The translations under genes and the position numbers were made by a program. Under the pieces are notes generated by a model. That model was not told the DNA's origin. It was given only the letters and a program-made list of their open reading frames with translations, and searched no databases. Positions 50,341 through 63,284 of a stretch of DNA of 64,000 nucleotides are shown one piece after another; position 1 is the first letter of the stretch, and every line of letters starts with the position of its first letter. Origin of the DNA: Amoebidium appalachense (taxonomy: Eukaryota > Protista > Ichthyosporea). The DNA is taken from positions 3,357,106 to 3,421,105 of the forward strand of contig CAVNZM010000003.1 of NCBI GenBank assembly GCA_963693365.1, read 5' to 3'.

Positions 50341-50667
50341 CGCACAACAGTATCGAATTTGTACCGGGTGCCTCAGCAGCATGCAAGTAAACAAACACGC
50401 ATAAATAGAGGGCACATTCCACCAAGTAACATATGTATTTTTTCCCTGACCACATGCGTGTGCACCTTGCCACGCGAAATTTTCAACAACCGAGTCAGTT
50501 ATTTTCTTTTAGTCCCGTGATCATTCTCTCTCTGTTCACAGTGCACACCGTATTGGTGACAAAACCCCCCTTTTTTTTAAATTGACTTCTTTTCATACAT
50601 ACATACATACACTTGAGGACAGCAGTGTGTACCTTACACAACCCATCAACTTAGAGCAATCAGTAAC

Positions 50668-51177
50668 ATGCCTACCACCATGCATTTACTGTTGGTTTTT
50701 GCTATAGCATGTTCCGTGTTAGTAGCTGGAGCACCTGTTATAAACAGCACCCAACACACGCTCTCAACTCATGGTGTTGAGTGGGCACAGTTTTCAGGCG
50801 TCGACCTAACAGCGACGTTGGAGCTGGCGAGAATGCAAGGAACGAATGCGGACATGTGCAAGACTGCGTGCATGAACAATGTATTGTGCAGTGCGGCTGT
50901 ACATGGAACGGACGACTTATGCACGTAAGTTCAGCCTCCCATTCATGTTCGTTTTCGTTTCTTCAGTTTCCTGTCTTTCTTTCTTTTTTTTTCCCCACAA
51001 ATTTTTTATTAACATAAGGACAACGTGCATGTGTGCGAACGTATTATTCAAGAGTCAATCACCCGGCCACATGATGTACGGTCAACTATTTCCTGGCACG
51101 CACTCTTTCTTGTAAACTCTTTACAGCAGCACGGTTCTCCGTGGACACACGTGCACACACACACACAAAAACAAAGT

Positions 51178-51234
<57 letters not shown>

Positions 51235-51870
51235 ACACACGTACACACACGCACACGCACACGCACACACGCACACACACACACACACACACACGGCACA
51301 AGGCAGTGTTAACGTTAACACATGCTGTGTCACCGCCGGTGCGCATGCATTGTGGCACACACAAACAGCTATGCACCTTTAAAAAAAAAACACGTGAACG
51401 TACATACGCATTTCATTAACCGCATACCTAATCACACTCTAACCGCTTAATCCCTCCCTACCATTGTCTCTCTACTCATAGGCTCCGACTCTTGACTGTT
51501 GACACCAAAATGGTCATCTTTCCATGGACCGACACATACATCAAGTCCGCAACCCGAAACCCGACACCAGCTTTTGGCAACCCGTGGGCTTACTACAAGG
51601 GGTCAGATTTTAGTGCGACCGAAATTCTAGAAAGCATAAATACCGGAGTTTCGGTTGAAAATTGCAAAACTGCGTGCAATGCATATCCCCGATGCAACGC
51701 TGTGCTCTATGCAACCGACAACTCCATGTGCACGTATGCAATTTCCGTCCCCCCTCCCCCCTCCCCCCCCCCCCCTCCCCCCCATCCCCCACCCCCCTCT
51801 CCCCCCACCCCTCCACACACACACACAAACACATCCTGACCATCCCTCTCCCCCCCCCCCCCCCCTTCCC

Positions 51871-51923
<53 letters not shown>

Positions 51924-52470
51924 CCACAATTCTCCAAACAATTTTTCCCCCTTCCTACCGTCCTTCTCCGACCCTCGGAGTCCCACCGTTGGAAAAAAAA
52001 AGAATAAAGCAACGGGATGAAAAGAGTGAATTCGACGTTTCAGAGATGAATGGATAGATGGACTGTGTGTTATCTGTTAATTTTTTGCTCCGTGTTTATG
52101 GTTGATCACGTTGGGTGTCTTAGCAACATAAACGATGATAACTTAAAGAGTCACAAGCTCTGGTTAGCGTTTACTTGTTTTTAAAACCTTTGTGCCTACA
52201 CGCTCGTTTTGGGTGGAAACCAGGCTTATTAGTAGACAACACTACACCAACCGTAGCGGACCATATGATATAAAAAAAAGCACACACACGGAATAACCAC
52301 CCCCACCTAAAACAAAAAATAGACACAACAAACCTTAGAACATCATTTCCCCAAAACGTCTTTCTTACCGCCCTCACACCCATGACACTCACGCAATCAC
52401 ACCTCTGTACCCTCCCCCTCCTCCCCCTCCCCCCCTCCCCTTATTTATATCCCATCCCCCTCCCCTCCTC

Positions 52471-52522
<52 letters not shown>

Positions 52523-53354
52523 ACACAGTCTGCGCGCGGCGACCGCCGACACGCAATTGATCGATTCTGCCTTTGTAGACGCCTACGCAAGAGACCTACC
52601 CTACATGTACGTCGACACACCCCCATCACTTTCCGCCGAAACGGCGCAGGAAAAGTCTCCCAACTCTCCCGACAACCAATCAGAAATCATCCCTCGCAGC
52701 GGGCCGGTGGATGATGATGTCATAATACTCTACAGCGTCGAATCAGAAGAGTCCCCGGTTGGCCGCTCGCTCGGTCGGGCCAGTAGGGGGGTGGGAACGT
52801 GGACACAGTGGGGCAGGTGTACAGGCACGTGCGGGGCACAGACGCGTGCACGTGCATGCGTTGGCGGCTCGTGCACGGTACTTTTTTTCTCTGTCCCCCT
52901 CCCCCCTCCCCCTTCTCCCCGAATGGGACACACCTACACAACAACCCTCCCCCCCCCCCCCCCCCCCCCCCAACCCTCCTTCCCCTGGTGGAGAACCCCT
53001 ATTATCTACCTCCTCACCCCTGACCACTCCTTCCACTCCACATTGCCTTCCCCTCGGCTCACTGCACAGAAGGACACATCCGTGGTGCCAAGGAAAAAGG
53101 AACATGAAGCAGCAGGAATTTACATTTATAAATTAAACTTTTAGACTTTGCCGTATTTATACGGTCACACCTAGCACCATAGGATATCGTGGTCCCTACA
53201 ACCCATACACACACACGGACAGACACACTCAGAAGCACGCACGCACACGTCCACACACACACACACACACCTACATGCACGTGCACAAACACCCACCACA
53301 CACACACACACACGCACACATACACACACACAAAATACACACGTGCGCGCGCAC

Positions 53355-53400
<46 letters not shown>

Positions 53401-53770
53401 ACATACACACGGCGCGTGCTAGCACACACATACACACGCGCGCGTACATACGTACAGACACACCCAAACACGCGTACACATGCACGTGGAACACAACACT
53501 CACAGGTTTACACAAAAAACACATATTCACACACCCACAAACACCCCGGCTACCCCCACTCACCCATTCACTATTCCACCCACCAATCCATCCACCCACC
53601 CCACCCAGCCACCTTCACAGACACACACCTTCACACACACACGTACACTCCACCTACCCACACAAACATACAGACTTGCACACACACACACTACACACAC
53701 AACTACAAAACCACACGCGCACTCACACTATACAACAAACACGCGTATACATACATGTACACACGCCTAC

Positions 53771-53802
<32 letters not shown>

Positions 53803-54357
53803 CCCCCAACACCCACACCCACACCCACACACACACGTGCACACGTACAGGGCCCCTCCACACAGGCCTGTGTCATTAAGTCCCAATGCTGTGTCTATGT
53901 CAAAGACATTCCCTCATCCCCCTCGATCCTAGTCCCCCTCTACCTAGGCCCCACCATAAATGGTAACATATGCAGCCACCCCGGCTGGGCTGCACTTGCC
54001 AAGGGCTGTAGGGGGATCACAGCTATAATTAATGTCGATAATGGGCCCGGATATAATCTGGATGCATACGGAAAGATGGCTTTTCAGGTAATGAATCCCC
54101 TCTTTCCCCCCCCCATCCCCACCACCACCACCACCACCACCATGCACACACACACCCTCTCGACCCCACTCCCTGTCAGGAAAAACAAGGGGGTGAAAAG
54201 AATGCAAGAAAATAAAAAGAGAAGATATAGTTAGACGCTGGGGAAGAAAATCGGATGTTTCTTGGGGGTTGAGGGGGTGGGGAGATGGAGGTGAGACGTG
54301 TGTGTGTGTGGTATGCGCACGCGCGTGCGCGCGTGTGTGTGTGTGTGTTTGTGCGTT

Positions 54358-54405
<48 letters not shown>

Positions 54406-55122
54406 TGCGTTTGTGTTTGTGTGTGTGTGTTTGTGTGTGTGTGTGTTTGTGCGTTTGTGTTTGTGTGTTTGTGTGTGTGTGTTTGTGCGTTTGTGTTTAT
54501 GTGTGTGTTTGTGTGTGTGTGTATGTCTGTGTGTGTGTGTGTGGCGGTGGTGGGTGAGGGGTGGGGGGTGGGGTGGGGTGGGGGGGGGGGAGTGCCTGCC
54601 TACCCAATCCCCCCCCCCCCCCCCCCCCCCCCGCAGCATCTGCCCCGAACAAAAAAAGGAAGAAAACAGGAGTATATGAAGGGCATGATCGGTCTAATGA
54701 GTTCCAGACACGTAAAACAATTCGGTGTTTTCATCCGGGTTTCCCGTTTGCCTCTGGGTTTTTCTTTAGGTTCAAAAACATGTATTAACCTTTCACACGT
54801 CTGCCCGTGTTGCTCAATACCGTATGATAACAATAATAATAATAAAATCAATAATGACCCCGGTCCCACCTTTATATTCCTTTCAGACGTGCATGCGTCA
54901 TCTCGGAAACCATGGTGTGCGCGTAACTGGGTACATCCACACAAAAACGAGCTCCTTCGACCAAAAAACTGGGGTCTTCTCATACACGGGCTTTAGGTAA
55001 CACCACTCCCTGCCCATTTCCTCCTCCCAATCCCCCCACCCTTACCCCCACCCACCACCACCACCACCACATCCCCATCCCCCATTCCTCTCTCTCCCTC
55101 CCCATCTTGTCCCCAAACCCCC

Positions 55123-55153
<31 letters not shown>

Positions 55154-55168
55154 ACATTCTACCCCCCC

Positions 55169-55199
<31 letters not shown>

Positions 55200-56550
55200 A
55201 TTCTACCCCCCCTCCCCCCACCCCTCTCTTGGCCCTCCTCACGTGGTTTTCCACCCAGTTACCCGCCCTCCCTATCCCCTCCCTCAACCCAATCACTCTC
55301 CCTACCTCCACATCTCTACACCCACTCACACAATATCTCCAGAGCAGTGATTCCTCTTTATTGTCTTGTCCTCTCTCCTTGAAAAGTTTCACAGCCTTCA
55401 CCACCCCCCGTCCCCACCTCACCCAATCCTCCAACTCCCCCCTCATACACACACACACACACACACACACACAACCCTCCTCCTTTTCCCAATGCACCCC
55501 TTGTTCCTTAGAAACATCTGAAACCCCCCCCCCCCCCAAAAAAAAAAAAAAACCACCACCACCACCACTTCCCCCCCTCCCCCCCTCCCCCTCTTCTCTC
55601 CTCCTCAACCCCCCCCCCCCCCCCCCCCCCTCCCTCCCCCCCCCTCTCCCCCCCCCCCCCCCCACTCTGCCTGCCCCATATGATACATACCCTCTTTGTG
55701 TACATTACATTAGGCCTATGTGATTATGTTGTCCGTTTTGAGTGTGTGCCTCGCACTCTGTGCCGTATTCTAACCCCCCCCCCCCCCCCCCCCCCCCCTT
55801 CTCCCTCCCCTCCCTCCCCCTTGCTCCCTTCCCCCTCCGTACCCCTCCCTCTTTCCAACTCCCCCCTCCCCTTTCCTCCCCCTCCCCCCTCCGTCCCCTC
55901 CCCCCTCCGTCCCCTCCCCCCTCCGTCCCCTCCCACACAGGGACAAAGCCCAAACTCTACGTGATGCCACCAGGTGGGTGCGTGAGTGGGGGACTATTCC
56001 GGGGTTTTCTGGCATCTTCGTCGATGAGGTGTCCAACCCCTTCCAGGTCATTCAGAACCAGTGGGGGGTGGACCACGTGCAATGGTACAAGGATGTACGT
56101 GCTCTGCCCCCATATATGTCTCTCTCCCCCCTTCCCCTCCCCCTCCCCTCCCCCCCGGCCCCCCAACCAACCCCCTGCCCACTTGCCCCTCCTCCCATCC
56201 TCCCTCCCCTCCCCTCCCCCTCCCCCTCCCCTCCTGGGCACCCTCCCCCCTTGACCCCCCTCCCCCAACCCTCTTCTCCCCGCACACACACAAACTCTCT
56301 CTCTCTCTTTCTCTCTCTCCTCCCCCCTCCCCCCTCCAACCCCCCCCCCCACCACCACCACCGCCAAATCCTCCCCACTTTTTAACCTTTTCTGTCCCCC
56401 CCCCCCCCCCCCCCCCCCCAAAACTTCGCGCGCGGCTTCCCACACATACATGCACTGCCATTACCCCTCAAACCGCCCCCCAAATCCCACATTCATTATT
56501 CCAACACACCTTCCCACCTCCAACCCCTCCCATCTGCATATTGATACCGA

Positions 56551-56599
<49 letters not shown>

Positions 56600-57237
56600 C
56601 CTGTACCCCACCACCACCACTACCACCACCACCCCTCCCGTTTTTCCACCGACACTACTATGTTAACACACACAGACACACTCTCTTTTGCTTACCCTTT
56701 CCCTCCCTCTTTCCACTTCTCCCTCACTCACATTTTCCCGACATACTCATAGTGCAGACCCCCCTCCCCCCCCCCCCCCAAAAAAAAAAAAAAAAAAACA
56801 AAAACAAAAAAAACTGGCCTGTTACCCCTACCGCGATACCACCTTGCTTGCTTGCACCTCTCACTATATATAGCCAACCACACACTATTTCCATGAATAT
56901 TACTAAATATTTCACAACCTTTTCTCCCATACAGCTTATCAACCATATCAAAACTCTCAACCCATATCTCGAAGTCATCCTAAACTCCGCCGGTGCTCCC
57001 CCGGCCGCGCTTTTCAAACCCTCAGCCGGATTTCCACGCCCCGCAGACACATCCCTATTTTTCGAGGAAACTTCCCGGAAATTCATGGGGCCATGCTACG
57101 CAAATCACATGGGGTCCTATGGCCCGGGCCCGTATTGCTCCACTGCGCTCGTAAATAGCCCCCCCGACGACCTTTTCGTCGTTAAATCGCTGGTGGACAG
57201 GAGAATGGTTAAGGGTGCCGCTTTGGTTCATGGGTAT

Positions 57238-57277
<40 letters not shown>

Positions 57278-57338
57278 ACCCCCCCACAAAAAAAAAAAGA
57301 AAGAAAGAAAGGGAGGAAGAAAGGAGGAACAAAAAGGG

Positions 57339-57370
<32 letters not shown>

Positions 57371-57762
57371 GACGCAACCACCACCACAGTACATGACCCA
57401 TCCCCCCCCCCCCTCCCCCCCCCCCACACACACACCCGCTTAGTCTTACCCAACCACCCATCCACCCACCCCTCCTTCTGGGGATGGGTTTGGATGGAAA
57501 GCGGGAAAGGGAGATATTTGATCTTCCCATAGTAGTTTATTTTTTGCACCCCCTTTGCCAGCACTGCACGTGTACCTGAACACTGACATGATTTTGCACC
57601 AATCGCAGCATGGACCTGCCCACCGCCCTCCAGGGATTGGATATCGCCCGCGGCAACCGTCTTGCATACTACTATGCCAGTGAAGTCACACTGCCGGGCA
57701 ACCCGTGGGGGCAGGTGCCTGCGTACCTCAATGATCTGCTGCGAAAGATGAACACACTTTAG
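50668..57762 (+). CDS. Secreted spherulin-4/Sph3-like (GH135) glycoside hydrolase with two PAN/Apple-like domains and a thrombospondin type-1 repeat
   Basis: Phase-consistent exons: 50668-50924, 51482-51733, 52529-52877, 53851-54087, 54887-54996, 55941-56094, 56935-57233, 57609-57762 (TAG). Features in order: signal peptide; two C...C.....C..(A/V)......C PAN-like modules; TSP1 WTQWGRCTGTCGAQTRARAC; then spherulin-4 motifs ILVPLY..P, AIINVDNGPG, V.GYIHT, GIFVDEV, VILN..G, FEE, NPWGQVPAY. Confidence 0.87.
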
Positions 57763-58698
57763 ACTATCTGCCCTATATATCCCTTAACCCATACTGCGCG
57801 AACACATGCCCTAAAACACCATAAAGCACTTTTCCTTAACCCAACACCATGTCATTCCCCCCTCTTCCCCCCCCCGGTTCTCTTCCTCCAAACCGGGCCT
57901 CCTCTTATTTTTTCTTTCCTTTCTTACTTTTTCCAAGAAGGAAGGGGGGGGGGGGGGGGGGTTTCACTCTTACAGGTCCCCCCCCCCCCCCCCCTCCCCT
58001 TCCCCCCTTCAGTTATATATTGCCTACCTCTTTTCCGTGTTATGCGTGAGGAAAATGTGAACACATCATATGTTCATGGCATGTTTAACGTATATCTAAG
58101 ACTTTCTCGTGTGCATATATTCCCGTTACTCCCTATGATCCTGACTCCTTCAACAGTGTGTTTATCTAAATCGGAATTTTGGTTCAATTTTCGAGAATCT
58201 TTGCAGCCTTTCCACGATAAGAATAGCATAATAGCCTCGCAGAGCCCTTTGTCGTGATTGCGCCGTAGAATTTCCGAGTCTGAGCTCGAGTCGAAAATTT
58301 TCTCTCATCACCTTCCTCGAAGTATAATTTGGTAGAGGTTTTTTCTTTAACGGGTTTTTGAAACGGTTCCTTACTTTGTATCGATATAAAAAGACTCAAT
58401 AACACATGTCTTGCCGGATTCCGGATCTATAAACGTATCTGCAACCCGCCTTTATGCCGTGACTAGAATTCAAGTATAGTAGTAAACCCATCAGCCAGGT
58501 GCAATGGGTATGTCGGCTTGTAAACTTCTGTAAGATTTCATGCTAAAAAAATTTAAAAAAGCCATAGATGGCCTGGCGCCGTCATATGCAAAAATGTTCT
58601 ATAATAAAATTTCTCCTAAGGTATGTAACCCTGACATGATCCCGGATCTAGAACCTGTCAGACGACGGCCACCATACACGTATGACACTGTTTTGTGC

Positions 58699-58733
<35 letters not shown>

Positions 58734-59932
58734 GCGTGTGTGCATGGCGCGCACGCGCGAGTGTGTGTGTGTTTGTGTGTGCGTGGCATGTGTGGTGTGT
58801 ATGTGGGTTTGTGGGTGGAGCATGCATAGGTGGGTGGTTGCAGGTGTGTGGACCCCTGTATGTGTGTGTGTGTGTGTTGCGTATGTGTGTGTGTTTGATG
58901 GGGGGGGGGTACGGGTGTGTGTTCCGGTCCTGTATGTGTGTATGTGTCTGCACGCCGGGTGTGTGTTTGTGTCTGTGTGTTGTGCACGCGGTGTGTGTGT
59001 GGGTATCCGTGTAGGTGCGGGTGTGTGTGGTTTCGATGAAATGAGCGGGATTGGGTTTGTAACGCATGTCACCGAGCGTGGGGTGAAATATTGTGTTAAT
59101 TCCAAGTCAACGTGGTAGATGTGTGTGTGTGTAGGTAAAATGGGGAAGGGGTTGGGAGGGGGGGCCTATGATTTGGTATGTGCTCGGATGATGTACAATG
59201 TAAAACGGAAAGAAATCTACTTTAAGCGGGGAGCTTGTTATCACACTCGGTGTATGCAAGCACTGGTGGTGGTGGTGGTGTTTTTTTTTTTTTTTTTTTT
59301 TTGGAGGGGGGGGGGGGGGGGGGGGTTTCGGTCAAATCATCCCGTTTTAAAATAGATTTTTTTTAATCAACCACAAATCACAAGGAAAGCAACGGAAGAT
59401 TTTACATATCGATAGCACTTTAAGGCGGGTTTACTGCCTATACTAGGTTTATGACAAAATAAAGGTGAAATATATACTAGGTTAGCAAATAAAGCTAAAA
59501 AAAAGGTAATATGTTTTTTACAAATAAAGGTTATAATGTACTAGGTTTGGCAAATAAACGTGAAAAATTATCACGTTTCTGGGTTGGAAAAGTGTAAGTT
59601 CCCTCACTTTTGCGCATTATTGGTGCCATTACGTGTAAACAACTAATGCTAGATCTAGATCTGGAAAGTTCAGGAAAGAAAACGGGGATGCTGATTGGAT
59701 AATCTCAACAAACCCTCCAATCCTCCAATAGGCCAACACCATAAAAAATAAAACCATATACGGACATGAGAGTGCTACCAAAACAAAGCAAAGCGAAACA
59801 AGACAATTCACTTAATCATATGTGATTTCTCTAAACAAACACGCACAAAAAGGAGGAAAAATGGAAACCCAAAAAACAAAAGTGAAAAAAAAAAGGGGGG
59901 GAAAGCCCGTTGTAGGGCATGCTATCCACATG

Positions 59933-62522
59933 CTACTTTTGCGTGGCCGCCGCCGACTCCGGGAGACCCGATCCGGTACTTTCCGGAATCTTGTTTGCGT
60001 TACCCGCCGACCACAGGCCCCCCGTGAGGGTGTTTGCCAGCTTGGAAAACGACGCACGCCTACCGTTGGCGGCCACCGATTGGGGGACGACGTTCGAGGT
60101 GGTGAGAATCCTCGTAATCTTACCGTGTTCGTTGAAATCGAACGCGATCGTCGAATCGGAATTCCAGATCTTACCCGGGACCACCACCCTACCCAGGTTG
60201 GAATCGTACCGGGCCGTCTCCCAAGTCCCGTTCAGCGGGTTGTTTTCAATGTATGTTTTGAAGTCATCCTTGTTCTGCAGAATGACGCCATCCTTAGTGG
60301 TTTCCAAAATTACATCGTCAGATACGAGCGACAGCAACCCAGTACGGTCGTTGTTGAGGCGGCAGGTCATGTATTTCTGTGCTACGCTCACGTTTCCGGC
60401 GGTTTGGGGGGTCTCCCGAATGCTGCCCGTAGCTCCCGAGCCTCTCTCCGGCCCGGAACCTGAAGCCCTCCGCGGGATTCCGTCAGATGTCCGTGCGCCC
60501 GCAATCACATTGTTCACCAGCGCAGTCACCGACGAACGCCTCTGCTCACGCGAGGAAATTGCGGGGGCGTTCCAATTCGTCGTCAATTTAAGGATCTTTC
60601 CGTACTCGTCGAACCCGAAAATTATCGTGGCCTGGGGGGGTCCATCCTTGAGTTTTCCCGGCGCAAAAACGCGTCCCCCGCCCTGCTCGTCGTATCTCAC
60701 CGTCTCCCACGCACCGGCCAACAGCGTGGTATCCAAATACGTGCGCAGAGCGTCCGCGCCAGACAGAAGAACCCCGTCCGGATTTTCAAGCGTCACGTCG
60801 GGGGAAAGGAGCGACATACACCCCGTTGTGTCGTTGGCGAGACGGTAGGCCATGTATTTCTGCGCGACACCCACCTTGGGAGCAAATTCGGGGGGGACAT
60901 TTGCGGGAACTTCAGGATACACGGGCAAGCCGGTACGACCGCCGGAGGTCACCGTGTTCACCAGCGCCGTCACCGACGAATGTCTCTGCTCCCGTGACGA
61001 AATTGCGGGGGGGTTCCAGTTGGTGACCATTTTCAGGATCTTGCCGTGCTCGTCGAACCCGAAAACGATGGTGGCCTGAGGGGGTCCATCCTTCACCTTC
61101 CCCGGTGCAAACACGCGTCCGCCGCCCTGCTCGTCGTATTTCACTGTCTCCCATGCACCGGCCAACGGCGTGGTATCCAGGTATTTACGGTATGCGTCGG
61201 CCCCGGAGATAAGAACCCCGTCCGCATTCTCGAGCGTTACGTCGGGCGAGAGGAGCGACATACAACCGGTCGTGTCGTTTGCAAGACGATACGTCATGTA
61301 CTTCTGAGCGACACTGACGCGGGGTGCAAATTCAGGGGGGACATTTGTGGGAATTTCGCTGTGAGCGGGCAGGCTGGTACGGCCGCCCCCGCTGGCGGTT
61401 ACGTTACGCACCAGCTCCGTAATAGACGACAGCCTCTGCTCCCGCGAGGAAATTGTCGGGGGGTTCCAATTCGTCGTCAATTTCAAAATCTTGCCGTGCT
61501 CGTCGAACCCGAAAATGATCGTCGCCTCGGGGGGTCCATCCTTAACTTTCCCCGGGGCGTAAATCCGCCCGCTCTTGGAATCGTATTTCACCGTCTCCCA
61601 CGCCCCCGCCAACGGGCTCGTCTCCAAATATTTACGGTACGCATCGGCGCCCGAAACAAGAACCCCGTCCGCATTTTCGAGCGTCACGTCTGGTGAAAGG
61701 AGCGACATACACCCCGTTGTGTCGTTTGCGAGACGGTAGGTCATGTATTTCTGCGCGACGCCGACCCGCGCCGCGACCTCCGCGGGGACTTCTCCCGAGG
61801 TTTCCACCTGCGGGGCCAAACTTGAGCGGCGGCCGCCTACCCCGGCTGCCGACGTGACCGATTGGACGAATTGGGTGATCGACGCCCGGGGGCCGGAAAT
61901 ACCCCCCCTCGGCCCCGGCGGGGGGAACAGCGGCGGGGGGAGCCGGGACGGGAGCGTTCCAATTCGTCTTCAGATGGTTGATTTTCCCGTGTTCGTCAAA
62001 TTCAAAAACGATCGTCGCAGGCCCGTGCGCGGGCCCCTCCTTCAGTTTCCCGGGAACGTACACCTTCCCGTTTTCATACCGAACCGTTTCCCAGCTCCCA
62101 GCGAGGGGGTTCGTCTCCACGTATGCGCGGAGTGCGTCCCTCCCCCTCGAATACTGCCCATCGGCCATCTCGAGCAAAACGTCGTCGGAGACATGCGCCA
62201 TGCACCCAATTGTGTCGTTTGTCAGGCGGTAAGTCATGTACTTCTGCGCCACAGCGACCTGAGCCGCAAACTGCGGGGGGACCGTTTCCTCCGTAAAAGG
62301 AAGACTCGCACGCCTACCCCCAGCACCCAGACTCATCGTGTTGACTAGTTTGTCGAAAGAGCGACGCGCGCCGGCGCCGGCGCTCCCGCGAGCTGCGGCG
62401 GCGGCGGAGTCAATGCCGGCGCTGAAGTTTGTGGTCAGCTGTGAGATCTTGCCGTGCTGGTCAAAGTTAAACACAATCATGGCTACGGGTGGGCCCCCCT
62501 TGACCGTGCCCGGCACAAACAC
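59933..62522 (-). CDS. Protein of tandem SnoaL/NTF2-like domains (five complete plus one partial); 3' exon only, with one apparent frameshift at ~61890-61965
   Basis: ORFs 61632-62522 and 59933-61819 carry the same ~100-aa repeat (VAQKYM.YRL.ND..G......DV.LE..DG....G.DA...Y.....L.G.WET.RY...G....PG......TI.F.FDEHGKI..L.TNW). It has the SnoaL-like DV.L, G..A and F..dGKI signatures. Acceptor taacag at 62523-62524. Upstream exons were not identified. Confidence 0.75.
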
Positions 62523-62573
62523 CTGTTACATGGGGGGTGGGGGGTTGGGTGTGTGTGTGTGCATGTGTGTGTG

Positions 62574-62628
<55 letters not shown>

Positions 62629-63173
62629 TGCCCTCAAAGGGAGGGGGGAGGGAGAGGGAGCGGTGAGGATCGTTAGATGTGGTGAGAGAAAAGATGAGGA
62701 AAAGGAATAGGATGGGAGGAGGAGATGGGGTGGGAAGGGGGAGAAAGAGTGAATGGTTTCGGGTGATGTGTAGGTGTGTGTGTGGTGGTGGTGGGGGGGG
62801 GGGGGGGGGGAGGGGGGGAGGGAGGGGGGGGAAGGGGCGAAGGGGGGCATCAGAACAGATGTGAAATAACCATATGTTGTTCGTCCCTGTCTCACTCCCC
62901 CTTCCCCCCCCCCCCCCCCCTCTCCTCCCTCTCCCCCCGCGCCTCCCAACACACATACACATACACAAAGAAGGGGGGAAGGAAGGGGGGGGGGGGGGGG
63001 GGGAAGGGGGGAAGCAAGGGAGTGGTGGTTGTGGGGGTGGGGGGAGGGAGGGGGGAGGGGGGGGGGGGGGGGGGGGGGGAAAGGTTAAGGTTAAGTTTTG
63101 ACCAGTCTCCATGCATGTGATTGTCAGTGTTTGAGTATGTGGGTTCGAAACCGTGGGAAAGCAGAGGGTTTGA

Positions 63174-63215
<42 letters not shown>

Positions 63216-63242
63216 TTGTGTGTGTGGGTGTGTGTGTTTGGG

Positions 63243-63284
<42 letters not shown>

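Noticed and set aside
57560-57590. Acceptor at 57561 for the last sph3-like exon
   Set aside because: It leads to an early stop. The acceptor at 57608, with a CTGAC branch-point-like motif upstream, gives the conserved NPW..(L/V)P.Y ending.
59919-62348. Long plus-strand ORFs opposite the SnoaL-repeat gene
   Set aside because: These are antisense shadows of a GC-rich repetitive coding exon, with no independent motif.
63100-63160. tRNA B-box-like GGTTCGAAACC (and GGTTCAAATCC on the minus strand near 5890)
   Set aside because: No A-box, acceptor stem or cloverleaf can be built around either.
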